Below, piece after piece: positions 1 through 8,294 of a DNA stretch of 20,000 nucleotides (its first letter is position 1; each line of letters opens with the position of its first letter). The position numbers were made by a program, and so were the translations under genes. This stretch comes from an uncultured virus (IMG/VR IMGVR_UViG_3300032282_004167). Lineage: Duplodnaviria; Heunggongvirae; Uroviricota; Caudoviricetes. The DNA lies in IMG/VR virus record IMGVR_UViG_3300032282_004167; one strand, written 5' to 3'. The notes under the pieces were generated by a model. That model saw only the letters and a program-made list of their open reading frames with translations, ran no database searches and was not told the DNA's origin.

Positions 1-108
1 TTCATGAAGTATGCTCGTCTTAATCCCGACGTTGCTGCTCTTGCATTTGGTGATTTCGACGCTGATATTGAAAATTTATTGAATGAGACTTCAAAAGAAA
101 ACCTATGA
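1..108 (+). CDS. 3' end of upstream gene (partial, acidic C-terminus)
   Basis: Frame 1 is open from base 1 (FMKYARLNPDVAALAFGDFDADIENLLNETSKENL*). Its TGA overlaps the ATG at 105 (ATGA coupling). Confidence 0.7.
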   Translation, partial: FMKYARLNPDVAALAFGDFDADIENLLNETSKENL

Positions 109-1823
109 AATATCTAATTGATTTATCCAACGATACCTTTTCTGGTCCCGTCTTCCAAGATATCTCTGTAGATTCTTCTCAAAGCCTTTATGACTTAATG
201 TCCTCTATGTCCAAAAACGCTTGGATTGAGACAGACCTCCTTCCCGTGTCTGGCGCTGGAATGCTTTCATACCGCGCTGCATTTGGTTCTGAGCAGATCA
301 TTTATCAAATTCCTCCCGGAGTATATACTGTTCGCTGGGGAGATACTGAAAATGATATGTATGCAGAGAATTACCAACTTGCTCATCCCTGGAAAGTTGT
401 CATTGCAGATTTTAAAGACGGCAATTTCTTAGGTGTTCGTCATTTCTATAGCCCTGATTCCATTGTTTATTGGGATCAACCTCTTTATGCTGTAAACCTT
501 CCTAACACCAATACTAGAGGATATAACGGAACTAGCATTGGTTGGGTATGTCTTTACCTTAAGGACGATACTCAAAAGTATTCACTTGCAGAAAAAGTTG
601 ATTATATAATTCACAGAGAGTCTGGACTTTCTGAGCCTTATAATAATAACAACATGAACAATACTGACGGTACTCGTTTCTATGAACGCAATGGCGCTCC
701 CGTCTTTATGTATAATCCTTCAGAATGGCAGTTAAAAACTCAAAAAGAAGGATATTCTTGGATTCTTGATTCCAATCTTTTGATTGATCTTCATGTTTCT
801 ACTGACGGCCATGCTGAGAGGTATGACCAAGAATCTCCTGTCTATACTTTACGTAGAGCTTCTTTCGAGCCATACTCTGCCTATTATAGCGACAATCTTT
901 ATGACAAGCCTTTTAATATTTTATCTAGACAGGGTTTCGATCCTGCTCATAGAAATACCTGGCTTTCTCCAATCATGTCAATAACTGGTAATACTCTTCT
1001 CGATTCTCCTAAAGAAAAACTTTCTCCATCCCAAGTCTTATCTAAGAATTATGATTTTATTTTCTCTGATAATATAACTAATTCTACTAAGTCTGGTTGG
1101 ATTTGTTATCTTTGTGATGAGAAGTATCCTTTCAGTGATGAAAACACAAGTGTTGTCACTTCTTATAGTTTTAATCCAGTCCTAAAGTCTCTTCATTCTT
1201 TTAATCATGAGACTTTTTGCTCATCTTGCGTAGACAACGATGTTATTTATATCGATAGCGAATATGACTATTTTACTTTTGGTTGTCTTGTTTGGTGCGA
1301 TACCGAAAATGAATGGGCTATTCCAGAGAAAACTATTTCATGTAGTAATTGTTATTCTATATATACGTCCTCGCATACTGTAAATAATGGTCCCGTTTTA
1401 GTCTATTCTGATTTGTATCCTGATTCTATCGAAACCAGTCCTATCGTCGGCTGTATTGGTTGTATTGATTCTGAATCGTTTGTTGTTTCAGATATTAATA
1501 ACAATTTGCTATTGTACAGTAAGGCAGTTTCATACAAGAAGGCTTCTATCACTATGGAATATAGTGATATTATTCTTGAAGACGGCACCAAAGCTCAACA
1601 GTTTAAGCCTGTTTTAGTTACCAACGAGTTTTACACCTCTGCTTACAAAGCCCAAGCTTCTGGAAATGTAATCTGTAAGTGTGAATTTATGGTGCCTGAA
1701 TCTTCACTTTCTAATACAGTCCCTTCTACTTGCACTACTTGTCTTGTAAAAGGTGAATATAAGTGTTATCTTGATTCGTTTAGTTCTGATTCTTTACCTA
1801 CTCAAAAAGCAAACGCAGTCTAA
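105..1823 (+). CDS. Prok-E2_D/PRTRC-B-like E2 domain fused to a C-terminal multi-CxxC zinc-binding region
   Basis: Motifs LAHPW..V, PLYAVNLPNT...GWVCL (putative active-site Cys149) match the Prok-E2_D pattern and the paralogs at 10124/11075. C-terminal CYLC, CSSC, CSNC, CIGC, CTTC. Sits next to JAB/E1/Ubl genes. Confidence 0.7.
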   Translation: MKYLIDLSNDTFSGPVFQDISVDSSQSLYDLMSSMSKNAWIETDLLPVSGAGMLSYRAAFGSEQIIYQIPPGVYTVRWGDTENDMYAENYQLAHPWKVVIADFKDGNFLGVRHFYSPDSIVYWDQPLYAVNLPNTNTRGYNGTSIGWVCLYLKDDTQKYSLAEKVDYIIHRESGLSEPYNNNNMNNTDGTRFYERNGAPVFMYNPSEWQLKTQKEGYSWILDSNLLIDLHVSTDGHAERYDQESPVYTLRRASFEPYSAYYSDNLYDKPFNILSRQGFDPAHRNTWLSPIMSITGNTLLDSPKEKLSPSQVLSKNYDFIFSDNITNSTKSGWICYLCDEKYPFSDENTSVVTSYSFNPVLKSLHSFNHETFCSSCVDNDVIYIDSEYDYFTFGCLVWCDTENEWAIPEKTISCSNCYSIYTSSHTVNNGPVLVYSDLYPDSIETSPIVGCIGCIDSESFVVSDINNNLLLYSKAVSYKKASITMEYSDIILEDGTKAQQFKPVLVTNEFYTSAYKAQASGNVICKCEFMVPESSLSNTVPSTCTTCLVKGEYKCYLDSFSSDSLPTQKANAV

Positions 1824-1865
1824 TTATTCTACGATAATATCTCAGCTCAAAGGAATTGTGCATTT

Positions 1866-3116
1866 ATGCAAGTTATAGAAGAAGTCCAGCCAGCAATCAC
1901 TGCTGATGAACTTTACATCAAAGATGTTAATGGTTTTCCTCTTTTCCACGCTTCTACCACCACTGCTCTTGACGTGATTGAAAATGAAGGTCATGACATT
2001 TATTATGTTCTTGCTTCAGAACAAATTGAAACTCAAGAAGGTACAGTAAAGAAGTCTGTTTACCGTCCCACAATTTTTAGAGTCACTAAGACTATTATTG
2101 GTCGCTCTATTATTAAAGCTTCTTCTCCAGAGCTTGATATTCCACTAGATATCAAACAGTCTGCTTGGTTTACTCTTCCCAAGATTCCTTGGACTATGCT
2201 TAAGAAGATGGACTCCTTCTTCCGTCAGGCCTATAAGCTTCATGGCACTGAGTCCGTTCTTGTTCTTACTTATGACCCCAATTATAAGAACTCTGAGAAT
2301 CCTTCTGATGGCTGGGGATGCATTGCTCCCAAGCAGACCAACACTGCTGCTAGCTGTGACTATGAGTTTGATAGCGTTATGCAAGTCAAGCCTGAGCATG
2401 TTTTTATCGTTGGTTCTGCTCATAGTCACCCCAACATGAGCGCCTATTTCAGTGGCACTGACCATCAGGATCAGGCAGACTGGGATGGTCTTCATATCAC
2501 TTTCGGCTGGAAAGGTGATGGTCCTTCTGAATATCATATTGGGTTGATGCTCGGCGGAGAAGAATGGCCTTTTAAGCCTGAACAAGTTTTTGAGCCCGCC
2601 CCTGAACCCACTATTGCTCTTGACGAAGTAGATGGCTGGGTGCAAAACGTCCAAAAAAAAGTCTATACTCAACCGGCTTCTGCGACGACTACTGGGGGAT
2701 GGGTTGGGGCTACTTATAACACTCCTGTTACTTCTTATAAGCCTGCTCTTGGCTCCAGTATTCCTTCAGAGCGCAAACGTGCCATTAAGCTTCCTGACAA
2801 TACTCCTGACCCTAGGAATCATGTCATTGTTGCAAGGGTTGATTTGCACGACAACATGAAGTGCTGTTTCTGTAGTACTCCTTTGGCACCAAAGATTCTT
2901 GAGTCTCGCCGTTGTGCCGCTTGCAGCTCTTACTTCTTGATTGATGATGAACCCCTTGACGAACTTCTTCCTGTTCGTCAAAAGCTTGGCAAGCCATATG
3001 ACATCAATATCGATATTGAACGCTCTCCTGTTCCTATTGTTGTCTGGAACGTTGATCCCACTGGTAAGAATCATTTCTTTAGTGGTGATCAACGAATTGC
3101 TGCTTCCCCAAAATAA
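1866..3116 (+). CDS. JAB/MPN+ (JAMM) metallo-isopeptidase with Pro/Thr linker and C-terminal Zn ribbon
   Basis: E (HGTESV) ... AHSHPNMSAYFSGTD matches the JAMM E-HxH-x7-S-x2-D motif; GLHITFG follows, as in PRTRC-A-like JABs. C-terminal CCFC...CAAC. Confidence 0.88.
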   Translation: MQVIEEVQPAITADELYIKDVNGFPLFHASTTTALDVIENEGHDIYYVLASEQIETQEGTVKKSVYRPTIFRVTKTIIGRSIIKASSPELDIPLDIKQSAWFTLPKIPWTMLKKMDSFFRQAYKLHGTESVLVLTYDPNYKNSENPSDGWGCIAPKQTNTAASCDYEFDSVMQVKPEHVFIVGSAHSHPNMSAYFSGTDHQDQADWDGLHITFGWKGDGPSEYHIGLMLGGEEWPFKPEQVFEPAPEPTIALDEVDGWVQNVQKKVYTQPASATTTGGWVGATYNTPVTSYKPALGSSIPSERKRAIKLPDNTPDPRNHVIVARVDLHDNMKCCFCSTPLAPKILESRRCAACSSYFLIDDEPLDELLPVRQKLGKPYDINIDIERSPVPIVVWNVDPTGKNHFFSGDQRIAASPK

Positions 3117-3187
3117 TTAAGGGCACTGACTATAGAGATCGTATCTCTCATAGAAAGAGCCCATTAGAAGAGCTTTCTTTGTGCCCT
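3107..3187 (+). promoter_or_regulatory. Putative -1 programmed ribosomal frameshift signal (slippery heptamer plus stimulatory RNA structure)
   Basis: C_CCA_AAA (3107-3113) is in the JAB frame directly before TAA. After a 6-nt spacer, AGGGCAC (3120-3126) pairs with GTGCCCT (3181-3187) and encloses AGAGAT-CGT-ATCTCT. The -1 frame is open through 3727. Confidence 0.65.
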
Positions 3188-3727
3188 AAATGTTCTGCAT
3201 GGGCGCCAGTAAATACTCACTGGGATTTCTGGACTTGTGACGAATGTTACGAGGCTATGGATGAATGGTGGCTTGTTGATTCATTGTTTTGGCATGATGA
3301 TACTCATACCTATATTGATACTTCTATTGATTATCTCTATACCCGTCATTATCCAGAAGCCATTACCGCAGATGATTGTATGATTTGTGATTCTAACTTC
3401 ATGATTCAGAATTGTTCTTGTGGTACCAATCCATATGATTGGACTGACTTTTTAAGAATCACTAGAGCTAAGAATATTAACAATTCTGACATTTATGCTT
3501 TAGATTTTGAGAAAAGCATGGATTGTTATCTTTGTGAGTATTTCAATACTTACCAATGTGTTCCAATAAGAAACTGGTTCAGGAATCTTGTAGAAACTCA
3601 TACTCTTCCTCAAGAAAAAATTTCTTTCTGCAAATACTTTACTCCTGATCCATCAGCAGATGATGTATTAATTGAAACGGTTTTGAATCAACTTGGAAAA
3701 GAAGAAATATTGTTAAAGGGAATATGA
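3179..3727 (+). CDS. Cys-rich multi-CxxC protein, probably expressed as the -1 frameshift extension of JAB (frame open from 3089)
   Basis: CPKC, CDEC, CMIC, CSC, CYLC. Only a TTG start with a weak SD. Stop overlaps the E1 start. Confidence 0.7.
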   Translation: MCPKCSAWAPVNTHWDFWTCDECYEAMDEWWLVDSLFWHDDTHTYIDTSIDYLYTRHYPEAITADDCMICDSNFMIQNCSCGTNPYDWTDFLRITRAKNINNSDIYALDFEKSMDCYLCEYFNTYQCVPIRNWFRNLVETHTLPQEKISFCKYFTPDPSADDVLIETVLNQLGKEEILLKGI

Positions 3728-4500
3728 TAACAATGAAACCTGTCAGGTGCGTAATCGTCGGCTGTGGCGGTATTGGTTCTTGGCTTGCAGCTGGTCTCGT
3801 AAGAGCAATGCAGTTCCAAGCTCCCATGTCTCAACTTGTCCTCGTTGATGGCGACAACTTTGAACCAAAGAACATGGAACGTCAAAGCTTTGTTACTTAC
3901 GGCAATAAAGCTAATGCTCTTCGTTCTGACCTTCAACCAATTGCCCCTCAAACCTTTGTCATTTCTCGTCCAGCTTGGATCGTTCCAGAAGGTATGGCAG
4001 TTGTTTCCGAGGATGATACTACTACGAAAATGACTGCTCATCAGTTGCTTCAAGAAAATGATTATGTTTTTGTTGCAGTAGACAATTTTGCTGCTCGTAA
4101 ACTATTGTTTGATGCAGCTGCTGATTATAACAATATTGACATTTTTACTGGCGGTAATGATGACAGACTTTTCGGTTCTGTTTATCATTATCAACGTCGT
4201 GATGGTCAAGATATTACCTTACCCCCTGCTCACTTTCATGATGAGTTTGTTAATCCACCTGATAAGAATCCAGGTGAACTTTCTTGTCAAGAGCGTGCAG
4301 CATTAGATGGCGGCACTCAATTGCTTGCTGTCAATATGGGTGTTGCAGCGTGGCTTTTATCGAAAGCTTGTTATGTCATCTTTGGCACCGATGAAGAAAG
4401 CAAAGCATCTGTAGAATTGTCAGAAATTTATTTCGACATGGAAGCAGGGCTTTCTCAGCCATATGATCGTCGTCCAGTTAATGTCCCAATCACCGTTTAA
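3724..4500 (+). CDS. ThiF/MoeB-family E1-like Ubl-activating enzyme
   Basis: VIVGCGGIGSW nucleotide-binding loop, DGDNFEPKNMERQ, AVDNFAARK, GGN, and ELSCQE...Q...N with putative catalytic Cys188. No CxxC Zn pairs, as in PRTRC-type ThiF. Confidence 0.92.
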   Translation: MITMKPVRCVIVGCGGIGSWLAAGLVRAMQFQAPMSQLVLVDGDNFEPKNMERQSFVTYGNKANALRSDLQPIAPQTFVISRPAWIVPEGMAVVSEDDTTTKMTAHQLLQENDYVFVAVDNFAARKLLFDAAADYNNIDIFTGGNDDRLFGSVYHYQRRDGQDITLPPAHFHDEFVNPPDKNPGELSCQERAALDGGTQLLAVNMGVAAWLLSKACYVIFGTDEESKASVELSEIYFDMEAGLSQPYDRRPVNVPITV

Positions 4501-4518
4501 CAAACGAGGTACAATACA

Positions 4519-4773
4519 ATGAATGAATCAGTAAGCCAGCCGTCCCCATCAGCAAGTTCTTCTTCGGGCAAGGTCACCATCAAGTATGGTGTTCACGTTC
4601 GTGAAGTCGAAGCTGGTACTACCATTGGCGATCTTCGCAAGAAGTATGGTCAAATCCTTCGCATCCCCGAAGATGCTCGCGGCTACAGCGGCACCAATCA
4701 GATGAGCGATGACCAAGTCCTCACCGACGGTACCACCGTTGAGTTTGTCCGCAAGACCGGCGAAAAGGGCTGA
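4519..4773 (+). CDS. Ubiquitin-like beta-grasp protein with free C-terminal Gly (GEKG)
   Basis: VTIKYG...GTTIGDLRKK...LRIP...DDQVLTDGTTVEFVRKTGEKG fits the beta-grasp pattern. GxKG end resembles Prok_Ub/PRTRC-C. GAGGT SD upstream; directly follows E1. Confidence 0.85.
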   Translation: MNESVSQPSPSASSSSGKVTIKYGVHVREVEAGTTIGDLRKKYGQILRIPEDARGYSGTNQMSDDQVLTDGTTVEFVRKTGEKG

Positions 4774-4788
4774 CCCTACTCTAATTCC

Positions 4789-4884
4789 CTCTGTGGCGCT
4801 ACTTAGATGTCTATATACTATACATACTACTGGTCGAGTATGTATAGTATAAGCTAACTTTTAAGTAGCGCCACAGAGTTTTTT
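4789..4884 (+). terminator. Long two-stem hairpin followed by T6 (intrinsic terminator or processing site)
   Basis: Perfect 17-bp IR 4789-4805/4862-4878 encloses a perfect 15-bp IR 4814-4828/4837-4851; TTTTTT at 4879-4884. Confidence 0.75.
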
Positions 4885-4900
4885 GTGGTAGCATATCGTT

Positions 4901-5419
4901 ATGACTTTATCTTATACTTTACAACAAATATCTGAAGTTTTAGAGCAAGTTCTTGATCCTGAGTTATCTACTCTTTTGACTCGTATTAATTCAAAAGATG
5001 ATTCTCCGTATGTTACTCTTCCTAACTCTAACGACATTGATCTTCCTCCCACTGATGTCGCTAGACTTATAGCTACTACTTCTAACGAGTATGGCAAAGC
5101 GTGTAGAATTGCTGGTATTGCTCGCGCTCAGTATAAAATTGCTGTTGGTCAATACAAGTTGAAGTATAGAATATCTTCTGGTTCTGGCAAAAATGCTGCT
5201 GAACGAGAATCAAAGGCCGCTGAAGCTTCGCGTTCAGAATTTGAACGCATGGTTCTTCTTGAAGCTGTCGTAGAACTTGCTGAATCTATTGAGTCATCTA
5301 CTCGCATCGCTTCCGAATCTTCTCGTAGAATGCTTCTTGGAGCTGACCAATACTCCAAAGCTTATTCTCGAACAGAATCTTTTGAAACTTCTACTGACCG
5401 TAGTTATTCTACTTTCTGA
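4901..5419 (+). CDS. Hypothetical helical/coiled-coil protein
   Basis: 172-aa ORF, Ala/Glu/Arg-rich helices (KNAAERESKAAEAS); genome-typical codon usage. Confidence 0.8.
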   Translation: MTLSYTLQQISEVLEQVLDPELSTLLTRINSKDDSPYVTLPNSNDIDLPPTDVARLIATTSNEYGKACRIAGIARAQYKIAVGQYKLKYRISSGSGKNAAERESKAAEASRSEFERMVLLEAVVELAESIESSTRIASESSRRMLLGADQYSKAYSRTESFETSTDRSYSTF

Positions 5420-5421
5420 TC

Positions 5422-5664
5422 ATGACCCCTTTTCTTGTCGTTTTATATGCCTCCAATCAGTGTGGACATGTGTTCTCTAGCCAGCATCTTGCCATAGGCG
5501 AGCACTATCCTCCTTCTGTTCTTTATTTATGTCCAGCATGTGAAAAAACTCATCTTTTTAATGAACGTAGATCTTTTCATATAACTACTTCGTCAATGGA
5601 TGTCAATTTTAAGAATTATTGTTTAGCTCAGAATATTTCTGATATAAACGTTGAGATTCTGTAA
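5422..5664 (+). CDS. Small Zn-ribbon-like protein
   Basis: CGH...CPAC; starts 2 nt after the previous stop. Confidence 0.65.
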   Translation: MTPFLVVLYASNQCGHVFSSQHLAIGEHYPPSVLYLCPACEKTHLFNERRSFHITTSSMDVNFKNYCLAQNISDINVEIL

Positions 5665-5700
5665 AAAAAGAATAAGTACTATACAATATCTGGAGTTCTA

Positions 5701-7302
5701 ATGTCACTGCTTTCTGCGATTCAGAATCGCACTCCTTTGGTTTGGGTCATGACTACTGAGCCTGAGCGATTGATCGCTAACATTCCTGCCATTTCTGACG
5801 ATAGAATCATTTATATCTTTGACCCTATTAAAGGTCTTCTTCAGTGGTCTTCCGATGACAATGAGTGGAAAATTGTACTAGTAAATATTCCCTCTCTTGA
5901 TCCAGATGAAGAAGATGATCAGGTTACTTTAAGTGATTATCCCTCTGCTCTTAGTTATGTTCTTTCCAGCGTTAATTCTATATTTATTGCCCGCAATGCT
6001 CATAAAGATATAGATAATTTCTTGTCTTTGTATTCTTCTATTTACGGCCAGTATCGTAACGCTTTTTGGACTAATAACCTTGATTCTCTTCCTGTCCAGA
6101 TTATTGCTCTTTCCGCAGGAGATTCTCCTCCCGCAGAAATTGCCAATATGTGCACTAAAGTTTCTTATGGAACTCCTTCAGACAATGAGTTTGCTTCTAT
6201 AGTCTCTCACATCAATGAACATCATGAACATGACATCTTAAAGGGTCAAGATCTCCAAAAGATTGTGAATGCTTCTCGCGGAATGACTGAATTTGAAGCC
6301 ATTGAAACTTATTTCCAGTCTATTCGTACTAATCAAGTCATTGACCAAGAGATGATCAGCAAGCTCAAGCTTGATCGTCTCAAGCGAGAGACTATTCTGG
6401 ACATCATTCGCCCTACCGTTGACCTTGCTAACGTTGGTGGTCTTGATAATGCTAAGCATCTGATCAGTCAAGCTGATTGGATCTGGCGCAATCCCAACGA
6501 TGCCAATGAGTTTGGTCTTACTGCGCTGCGTCGTGTCTTGTTCCTTGGCTTACCCGGCACTGGCAAGTCATATATCTGTGAGGCAGCAGCAAAAACTCTT
6601 GGCCTTGATCTTGCTCGTACAGGCATCGGTAAAATCATGAATAAGTTTGTCGGTCAGTCAGAGCAGAATATGCTTGCAACTTTCCAACACATTGCTGCAC
6701 TTGCTCCTATTGCAGTGTGGATCGATGAGCTTGGTCGTGACCTCAGTGGTGGTGGCTCCTCTGACACAGTCGATGGTGGCACTACAAGTCGTGTCCATGC
6801 TGCTTTTCTTACTGGTCTTCAGGAGCTTCCTGACAATGTGTTTTTATTTGCTGCAGCTAATGACATTGATTCTTTGGCTCCCGAAATGCTTCGTGCTGAT
6901 CGTTTTGATAAGATCATGTTCGTCGGTTTCCCAAGTTTTAAAGAACGACGTGAAATTTTCCGTCTTAATCTTTCTCCTCAGGTTCAATATGACCTTGACC
7001 ATTTAGCTGAAGCCACTCCCTGTTTCACCGGTGCAGAAATAAAGAGCCTTGTTAAAGAAGTTCGATTTAAAGTTTCTCCTTCAGAGAAGCGTCATATCAA
7101 TACTGATGATATAATTAAAGCCGTTCCTCTTCAGAAGAATCGTTTATGGCTCCGTCATCGTCATACTGTCACATCTATGTATTCTCGCGCTCTTGTAGAA
7201 CATGAATGGGCTTCTACGGATCAGTTCAATGATGCTGCATTAATTGTCAAGGGCAAAGAGCCTTCAAAGATTCAAGTCAAGACTTCTTTCAATTTAAAGT
7301 GA
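5701..7302 (+). CDS. AAA+ ATPase, Ycf46-like (degenerate N-terminal domain plus active classical AAA module)
   Basis: VGGLDNAK, Walker A GLPGTGKS, NKFVGQSE pore loop, Walker B VWIDE, SRH AANDIDSLAPEMLRADRFD, FTGAEI. GGAG SD upstream. Confidence 0.9.
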   Translation: MSLLSAIQNRTPLVWVMTTEPERLIANIPAISDDRIIYIFDPIKGLLQWSSDDNEWKIVLVNIPSLDPDEEDDQVTLSDYPSALSYVLSSVNSIFIARNAHKDIDNFLSLYSSIYGQYRNAFWTNNLDSLPVQIIALSAGDSPPAEIANMCTKVSYGTPSDNEFASIVSHINEHHEHDILKGQDLQKIVNASRGMTEFEAIETYFQSIRTNQVIDQEMISKLKLDRLKRETILDIIRPTVDLANVGGLDNAKHLISQADWIWRNPNDANEFGLTALRRVLFLGLPGTGKSYICEAAAKTLGLDLARTGIGKIMNKFVGQSEQNMLATFQHIAALAPIAVWIDELGRDLSGGGSSDTVDGGTTSRVHAAFLTGLQELPDNVFLFAAANDIDSLAPEMLRADRFDKIMFVGFPSFKERREIFRLNLSPQVQYDLDHLAEATPCFTGAEIKSLVKEVRFKVSPSEKRHINTDDIIKAVPLQKNRLWLRHRHTVTSMYSRALVEHEWASTDQFNDAALIVKGKEPSKIQVKTSFNLK

Positions 7303-7309
7303 GATAATT

Positions 7310-7882
7310 ATGTATACAGAACAAACTGAATCAGACATTGTCTCTGCTGACAATACAAACACTTCTCAATCTACTGAAGTAGAAACTCTTTACAAGAAGT
7401 GGCATAAAACTGGTTTTATCTCTATCTCTTACTGGAGTAAAGCTGATAGAATCGTTATTGAAATTGGTTCTCTTGAATCTTCTGGATCTCTCAAGTCTGC
7501 TACTAAGTGTTTCGTCCCTGCTCCTCAGTTTCTTGCTTATTTGCGCTCTGAGATAAACGACACTCTTGATGTCATTTATCCTGGCTTTAATGCTAATGGT
7601 CATTCTTTTTACGGTGGCGGAGATACTCCTACTGGAGTAGTTGCTCGTGTCTTTAAGATTACCCATTGGATGGGCAAGAATCAGGCTGTAGACACTACTT
7701 CTCGCGCTTTTAAGTGTGGTCATTTTAAGGGTAAACGAACTGATCAAGGTGCTGTTACTCCTGATTACTCTCAGGTCATATCTGCAAACAGTATTAAAAT
7801 GACACTTGCTGATATCGCTGAGATTTTTGAAATACTCTACAAGCAAATTCTTGTAGCTGCACTTGTTCCTGTGATACAATAG
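7310..7882 (+). CDS. Hypothetical protein (alpha/beta, possibly nucleic-acid binding)
   Basis: 190-aa ORF tightly packed after the AAA gene; no recognised motif. Confidence 0.75.
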   Translation: MYTEQTESDIVSADNTNTSQSTEVETLYKKWHKTGFISISYWSKADRIVIEIGSLESSGSLKSATKCFVPAPQFLAYLRSEINDTLDVIYPGFNANGHSFYGGGDTPTGVVARVFKITHWMGKNQAVDTTSRAFKCGHFKGKRTDQGAVTPDYSQVISANSIKMTLADIAEIFEILYKQILVAALVPVIQ

Positions 7883-7886
7883 TATT

Positions 7887-8294
7887 ATGACAGAAGAAAA
7901 TATACAAACTGCTTTAGTTACTGATTTTCAACTTGCTCAAACTGTTCAAGACCTTAAGGCTTGGACTGTTTCAGTGTTAGAAACTGTACATAACAATACT
8001 ATTGAGATCAACAATAAACAAGACAGTTTATTTGAACAGTTTGAGAGACAACTTGCTGCTCTCACCTCTGCCTATGTTGAAATGGCTTCGATGCTTGAGT
8101 CTATAGTCTCTTCTATCGTTAATAGATCTGATGAGGACAGAGATATATTTTTCGATAATCTACGTGAATCAAGAAAGACAATGATTGACGTTCTCAAACA
8201 CGCATCACAACAGGCTGACCGCAATGCAGATAGATTCGTCCCTTATAATCCAGACTCTTCTCAAGAACCTTCAGGTGATACAGTCTCCGAGTAA
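7887..8294 (+). CDS. Hypothetical coiled-coil protein
   Basis: 135-aa helical ORF in operon. Confidence 0.75.
   Translation: MTEENIQTALVTDFQLAQTVQDLKAWTVSVLETVHNNTIEINNKQDSLFEQFERQLAALTSAYVEMASMLESIVSSIVNRSDEDRDIFFDNLRESRKTMIDVLKHASQQADRNADRFVPYNPDSSQEPSGDTVSE

Noticed and set aside
3107..3179. JAB/Zn ORF split as a pseudogene or sequencing error
   Set aside because: The break coincides with a canonical slippery heptamer, an adjacent stop and a correctly spaced stem, which fits programmed recoding better. Not fully excluded without reads.
3724..4773. ThiF/ThiS or MoeB/MoaD cofactor biosynthesis interpretation
   Set aside because: No thiG/moaE or sulfur-transfer genes in the window; the Ubl ends in KG rather than GG; E2-like and JAB neighbours favour protein conjugation.
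4901..5419. UvsY-like recombination mediator
   Set aside because: Only general helical character and size; no diagnostic motif and no recombinase nearby.
2145..7879. Long minus-strand ORFs (2145-2672, 2766-3092, 3688-4053, 7331-7879) and nested alternate-frame + ORFs
   Set aside because: They lie within or across better-supported + strand genes and have no motifs; consistent with codon-bias shadows.
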